Source of the DNA: Candidatus Aminicenantes bacterium
GTDB taxonomy: Bacteria; Acidobacteriota; Aminicenantia; UBA2199
Length of the DNA: 64,000 nt
Reading direction: 5' to 3'
Assembly (NCBI GenBank): GCA_029938635.1
Contig: JAOZUQ010000001.1
Span: 14,880 to 78,879, forward strand
Both the position numbers and the translations under genes were made by a program. Of this stretch, positions 59,594 to 64,000 are shown one piece after another; position 1 is the stretch's first letter, and each line of letters begins with the position of its first letter. Below the pieces are notes generated by a model. It did no database searches. It worked only from the letters and a program-made list of their open reading frames with translations, and was not told the DNA's origin.

Positions 59594-62500
59594 TTATTGA
59601 TAAAGTATTTCAACAGTATTTTTACCTGTTATCTTTTCTATATCTTTTTTCATTGTAATTGTCGGTTTAAGGCTTCCGGATTTAATAACCACTCTCTCCT
59701 TGTTCTCCTTTAATATAACGAGATAGGTAGGAGTTGAATCAGTATGATTTTCCATTTTTTTCTTCAATTCTTCTGAAAAGTCATCATTAAGGATCGAATA
59801 ATCTATTGTGATCATAATCTTCCGTGCCCTTTTCTTAAGGAGAACTTCAAGCTCGACCAACTCCTCCACATAGATATTTTTGTTCATATCCCCGTTATCA
59901 GGTATTCTCCCTTTAAGATAATAGGGAAAATCGAGTTTGAGCCTCTCTTTCAAATCATCCCAATTCACACGTTCATCATTCCCATTATTCCTGAATCCGT
60001 TCTTTCTTGCCTTACCGAAAATAAGAAGCTTGATCCTTCCTGAAAGGTCCTCAAAGTATAATTCACCGTAAAATGTGCCCTTCTTGGATTTCCGTTCTTT
60101 AAAAGATGTTACCACACCCCCGATACGGACAATATCTCCCTTGAATTCTCCAGAATTGATAGAAGCTATATTTGTGTTCGATATTTTTTTGATCTCTTTT
60201 TTATACTTTTCAATTGGATTGAGGGTGATGTACATCCCTGCGATCTCTTTCTCACCCTGGATCATTTCAGCTTCGGTCCACTCTTCAACTTCAAGATGAG
60301 CCTTTGAAATAATTATTTTCTCAGTATCATCATCGGCAAAAAGGGATCTCTGGTTTTTTTGACGCCTTTTTTCTATCAGGGATGCCTGATGAATAACTTC
60401 CTCAAGACTCTCAATAAGAGTTCTCCTCTTCAAGCCGAAAGCGTCAAGAGCACCGGCTTTTATCAAACTTTCAATGACCGCTTTGTTCGTCTTGGATAAA
60501 TTACTTCTGGTAATAAAATCTGAATAACTTGTAAACTCGCCATCATTTATCCTCACATCAAGAAAACTTCTGATAGCCTTATCACCAACATTCTTAAGGC
60601 CTTTAAGGCCATATCTTATGGAACCGGAGGATTCCACTCTGAACTTCTCAAAACTCCGGTTTATATCCGGAGGCAGAATGTTGATCCCCATTTTTCTGCA
60701 TTCGGAAATATATTGGATGACCTTTGAATCTGTAGAAGTTTTGTCTGACTCGGATGTAAGAAGAGATGACATGAAGTAGACCGGGAAATGAACTTTCAGG
60801 TAAGCGGTCTGATATGCAAGATTGGCATAAGCTGTAGAGTGGGATTTATTAAATCCATATTGAGCAAAAGTGCTCATTTGCTGAAAGAGTTCCTCCGCCT
60901 TTTTTTTATTGAATCCTCTTTTAGAAGCACCTTCCATGAAAATTTTTTTTACTGCCGGAAGCTTCTGGACCTGTTTCTTTCCCATGATCTTTCTCATTTC
61001 ATCAGCTTTACTCATCGGGAAGCCTGCAATCACCTGAGAAATTCGCATTACCTGCTCCTGGAAAACTATTACTCCGTAAGTATCAGCAAGGATATCTTCT
61101 GTTTCATTAAATATATACGTTACCTTTTCTTTTCCTATTTTACGATTAACATAAGTATCAGCCATACCCGTACCGAGAGGGCCGGGTCTGTACAATCCGT
61201 TAAGCACAACCAGATCTTCGAATTTCTGTGGTTTTGACCTTTTTAAATAATCCCTCATCCCGGAACTTTCAAACTGAAATATTCCGTCAGTATATCCATC
61301 CTGAAATAATTTAAAGGTTTTTTTATCATCAAGCGGGATTGTTTGAAGATCAATCTCTTTTTTCTCGATTTCCCTAATTGAACTTAGTATATTCTTTATA
61401 ATAGTAAGAGTTTTCAGTCCCAGGATATCAAGTTTTAGTAACCCGATCTGTTCAACCTCTTCCTTTTCAAATTGAGTGACAATCTTATCCTTGGCTTTAT
61501 ATAGAGGCATAAATTCTATAAGTTTCTTCGGTGCGATAACAACACCAGCTGCATGCATTCCTGTATTTCTGATATTATTTTCCAATTTCAGAGCATAATC
61601 TATTAACCTGGGAGCAGCTTCCATCCTTTTTATCTCTTTTTGAAGCTCTTCATTGTTCTCTACTTCTTCACGAAGGCTTACATTCGGGGTCTCAGGGATC
61701 AGCTTGGCAAGTTTACCTACATCACCCAGAGGTACTTCAAGAACTCTCCCGGTATCTCTGATTGCCATTTTTGCTTTCATTTTTCCAAAGGTAACTATTT
61801 GTGCAACATTCTCCTCACCATATTTGTTCCTGATATACTCAATAACATCCTCTCTCCGTTCAGGATCAAAATCCAGATCAATATCCGGCATTGATACCCT
61901 CTCCGGATTTAAAAATCTTTCAAAAATAAGGTCATACTCAAGAGGGTCGATACTGGTAATACCCATAACGTAAGATACAAGACTCCCGACAACCGACCCC
62001 CTTCCGGGCCCTATCAGAATATCATTCTCTTTAGAGAACCTTATTATGTCCCATACTATGAGAAAATAACTTGGGAATTCCATCTCCCTTATTTTCTCTA
62101 TCTCATATTTAAGCCTTCTTTCATATTCAGCTAAATCCTTCCCCTCCTTTGCAAGTTTTCCCTTGATATTTTCAAAACCTTCTCTGCAGATTTTTTCAAA
62201 ATATTCATCTATTGAAAACTCATCCGGAACATGGAATTTCGGAAGAAAATATTCACCAAGCCTGAATTCAAAATTGCACTTTGCTGCAATCACAAGAGTA
62301 TTATCTATTGCCTGCGGATACTCATTGAAAAGTTCTTCCATCTCTTCTGTCGATTTCAGATACATTTCATCCGTCTCTTTTTTCATAGCTCTTTCAGTAT
62401 TACTTAAGACTTCATTGGTTTGGAGACAAATAAGTATTTCACGTGCTTCTGAATCAGAGCGGTTGTTATAATGCACATCATTTGTCGCCACCAGAGGGAT

Positions 62501-63097
62501 TGAAAGATCTTTCGCTAATTCCACAAGTTTCGGTAACACTTGTACCTGCTGGGAGAGGCCATGATTCTGGATCTCAATATAAAAATCTTCACCGAATACT
62601 TCTTTGTACCACTCAGCTGCTTTATATGCTTCTTCCTCTTTCCCTCTTAAAAGGTTATATGGGATCTCCCCCTGAATACATGAAGACAAGATAACAAGGC
62701 CCTCACTATGTTCTTTAAGAATTTTCTTATCTATCCTCGGTTTCCGGTAGAACCCGTCTATGTATGAGATAGAGATCAGCTCAGAAAGGTTCTTATAGCC
62801 GACATCATTCTTAACCAGCACTACAAGATGGTGATAGTTTGCTTCACCACTTCCCCGCACAGGCCTGTGATCAATATCAAATGGAGAGATATACATTTCT
62901 GAACCGATAATAGCTTTGATCCCGTTTTTTTTCGCTACATTAAAAAAATTTACTGCACCGAGTATATTTCCATGGTCGGTAAGAGCAACAGCCGGCATAT
63001 TAAGTTCTTTAACCTTTTTTATAAGATCGGATATCTTTTGATTTGAATCGAGGAGGCTGTATTCAGAGTGAAGGTGTAAATGGATAAAACTTTTCAT
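59594..63097 (-). CDS. dnaE: DNA polymerase III subunit alpha
   Basis: N-terminal PHP domain (HLHLHSEYSLLDS), polymerase core, OB fold, 1167 aa. Confidence 0.95.
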   Translation of the reverse strand: MKSFIHLHLHSEYSLLDSNQKISDLIKKVKELNMPAVALTDHGNILGAVNFFNVAKKNGIKAIIGSEMYISPFDIDHRPVRGSGEANYHHLVVLVKNDVGYKNLSELISISYIDGFYRKPRIDKKILKEHSEGLVILSSCIQGEIPYNLLRGKEEEAYKAAEWYKEVFGEDFYIEIQNHGLSQQVQVLPKLVELAKDLSIPLVATNDVHYNNRSDSEAREILICLQTNEVLSNTERAMKKETDEMYLKSTEEMEELFNEYPQAIDNTLVIAAKCNFEFRLGEYFLPKFHVPDEFSIDEYFEKICREGFENIKGKLAKEGKDLAEYERRLKYEIEKIREMEFPSYFLIVWDIIRFSKENDILIGPGRGSVVGSLVSYVMGITSIDPLEYDLIFERFLNPERVSMPDIDLDFDPERREDVIEYIRNKYGEENVAQIVTFGKMKAKMAIRDTGRVLEVPLGDVGKLAKLIPETPNVSLREEVENNEELQKEIKRMEAAPRLIDYALKLENNIRNTGMHAAGVVIAPKKLIEFMPLYKAKDKIVTQFEKEEVEQIGLLKLDILGLKTLTIIKNILSSIREIEKKEIDLQTIPLDDKKTFKLFQDGYTDGIFQFESSGMRDYLKRSKPQKFEDLVVLNGLYRPGPLGTGMADTYVNRKIGKEKVTYIFNETEDILADTYGVIVFQEQVMRISQVIAGFPMSKADEMRKIMGKKQVQKLPAVKKIFMEGASKRGFNKKKAEELFQQMSTFAQYGFNKSHSTAYANLAYQTAYLKVHFPVYFMSSLLTSESDKTSTDSKVIQYISECRKMGINILPPDINRSFEKFRVESSGSIRYGLKGLKNVGDKAIRSFLDVRINDGEFTSYSDFITRSNLSKTNKAVIESLIKAGALDAFGLKRRTLIESLEEVIHQASLIEKRRQKNQRSLFADDDTEKIIISKAHLEVEEWTEAEMIQGEKEIAGMYITLNPIEKYKKEIKKISNTNIASINSGEFKGDIVRIGGVVTSFKERKSKKGTFYGELYFEDLSGRIKLLIFGKARKNGFRNNGNDERVNWDDLKERLKLDFPYYLKGRIPDNGDMNKNIYVEELVELEVLLKKRARKIMITIDYSILNDDFSEELKKKMENHTDSTPTYLVILKENKERVVIKSGSLKPTITMKKDIEKITGKNTVEILYQ

Positions 63098-64000
63098 CTA
63101 CTCCCACTCGATCGTTCCGGGTGGCTTTGACGTGAGGTCATAAGTAACCCTGTTGATCCCTTTTACTTCGTTAACAATACGATTCGCAACTTTTGTCAGG
63201 AAATCAGGCGGTGCCGGGAACCAGTCTGCCGTCATTCCGTCAACACTCTCCACAAGGCGGATTACGGCAACATTCTCATAAGTTCTTATATCCCCCATCA
63301 CTCCGACAGTTTTTACAGGTAAAAGTACTACAAAAGATTGCCAAACACTATTGTACAGATCAAAAGAATCGAGTTCCTCTTTTAGTATCGCATCCGCTTC
63401 CTGTAGTTTTACAATTTTCTCTGGTGTAATATCACCAATCACTCTTATCGCAAGACCGGGTCCCGGAAAAGGGTGGCGCATTATAAATTTTTCATCCAGG
63501 CCCAGCTCTCTCCCAATTTCCCGGACCTCATCCTTAAATAATTCTCTGAACGGTTCGATCAACTTCCAGTTCATCTTATCCGGAAGTCCTCCAACATTGT
63601 GATGACTCTTTATTGTAGCGGAAGGCCCCTTGACGGAAACAGATTCGATCACATCGGGATAAAGTGTTCCCTGAGCAAAATACTCCACTTTGCCGATCTT
63701 ATCCTCTACAGTTGAAAAAATCTCAATAAATGTTCTTCCGATTATTTTCCGTTTTTCTTCCGGAGAAGTAACCCCCTTCAATTTATCAAGAAAATTTTCT
63801 CCGGCATCGATCCCCATGACATCCAGGCCCAATTCATCCCGAAACCTTTTCATAAGAGTAATAAATTCATTTTTCCTGAGAAGTCCAGTATCAATAAAAA
63901 CAGGATTGAGGTTTTCTCCGATAGCTTTTCTTAACAGTAAAGCAAGAACCGTTGAATCGACTCCTCCACTGAGGCCAAGTATAACTTTTTTATCACCTAG
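63098..64000 (-). CDS. guaA: GMP synthase (glutamine-hydrolysing), partial: ATP-PPase and dimerisation domains; the N-terminal GATase domain lies beyond the window edge
   Basis: [13 protein letters not shown]-loop at 63950-64000 on the minus strand and a C-terminal ...[14 protein letters not shown]. The ORF runs off the window. Confidence 0.9.
   Translation of the reverse strand, partial: LGDKKVILGLSGGVDSTVLALLLRKAIGENLNPVFIDTGLLRKNEFITLMKRFRDELGLDVMGIDAGENFLDKLKGVTSPEEKRKIIGRTFIEIFSTVEDKIGKVEYFAQGTLYPDVIESVSVKGPSATIKSHHNVGGLPDKMNWKLIEPFRELFKDEVREIGRELGLDEKFIMRHPFPGPGLAIRVIGDITPEKIVKLQEADAILKEELDSFDLYNSVWQSFVVLLPVKTVGVMGDIRTYENVAVIRLVESVDGMTADWFPAPPDFLTKVANRIVNEVKGINRVTYDLTSKPPGTIEWE

Noticed and set aside
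1-64000. CRISPR arrays, tRNA/rRNA genes, transposases, integrases, phage or defence-system signatures
   Set aside because: None were found by reading the intergenic regions and ORF translations. The only repeats are the short palindromic or heptamer elements listed above.

Overview
This window is a chromosomal segment from an AT-rich bacterium, roughly mid-30s % GC by eye. Several markers (6-bladed beta-propeller lipoprotein paralogs, peptidase M64, DUF4097/DUF5668 modules, a fused LptF/LptG) suggest an FCB-group lineage such as Bacteroidota, Cloacimonadota or a relative, but the taxon is uncertain. The content is overwhelmingly housekeeping. It includes a type IV pilus pilMNOPQ operon, a ribosome-biogenesis cluster (rplU-rpmA-obg-nadD-rsfS-[sigma54 activator]-rlmH), acnB, hutU, purD-purE-mtaB, an lptD-like gene next to rsmA, fhs, degP-dapF, nusA-infB-DUF503-rbfA-nrnA-truB, fused lptFG, an ECF sigma/anti-sigma/DUF5668/DUF4097 module, mtnP-buk, dnaE and a partial guaA. 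I saw no transposase, integrase, CRISPR array, rRNA or tRNA. No single obvious multi-gene novel system stands out. The most unusual observations are: (1) a family of GC-rich C6/G6 palindromic repeat hairpins (REP/MITE-like), one copy of which sits in-frame inside the essential rsmA (ksgA) gene as a ~25-aa insertion, with further copies in the adjacent 460-bp non-coding gap and as a terminator near 41.4 kb; (2) a bacterial cereblon-type CULT (thalidomide-binding-domain) protein beside a small Sm-like ORF and a hotdog thioesterase; (3) a secreted protein made of six 'YKSDAD' beta-hairpin repeats just upstream of a classical-clade AAA+ ATPase; (4) an inverted array of heptamer repeats (CGAAAC / ATTTCGG) forming a ~170-nt imperfect palindrome; (5) a 23-bp perfect direct repeat bracketing a hairpin upstream of rplU; (6) a beta-propeller lipoprotein gene whose signal peptide is out of frame at a T6 homopolymer; (7) a regulatory-domain-less sigma54 activator embedded in the ribosome-biogenesis operon; and (8) a small secreted protein with apparent similarity to the PA-IL (LecA) lectin. 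All functional calls are from reading the translated sequences; no database searches could be run.
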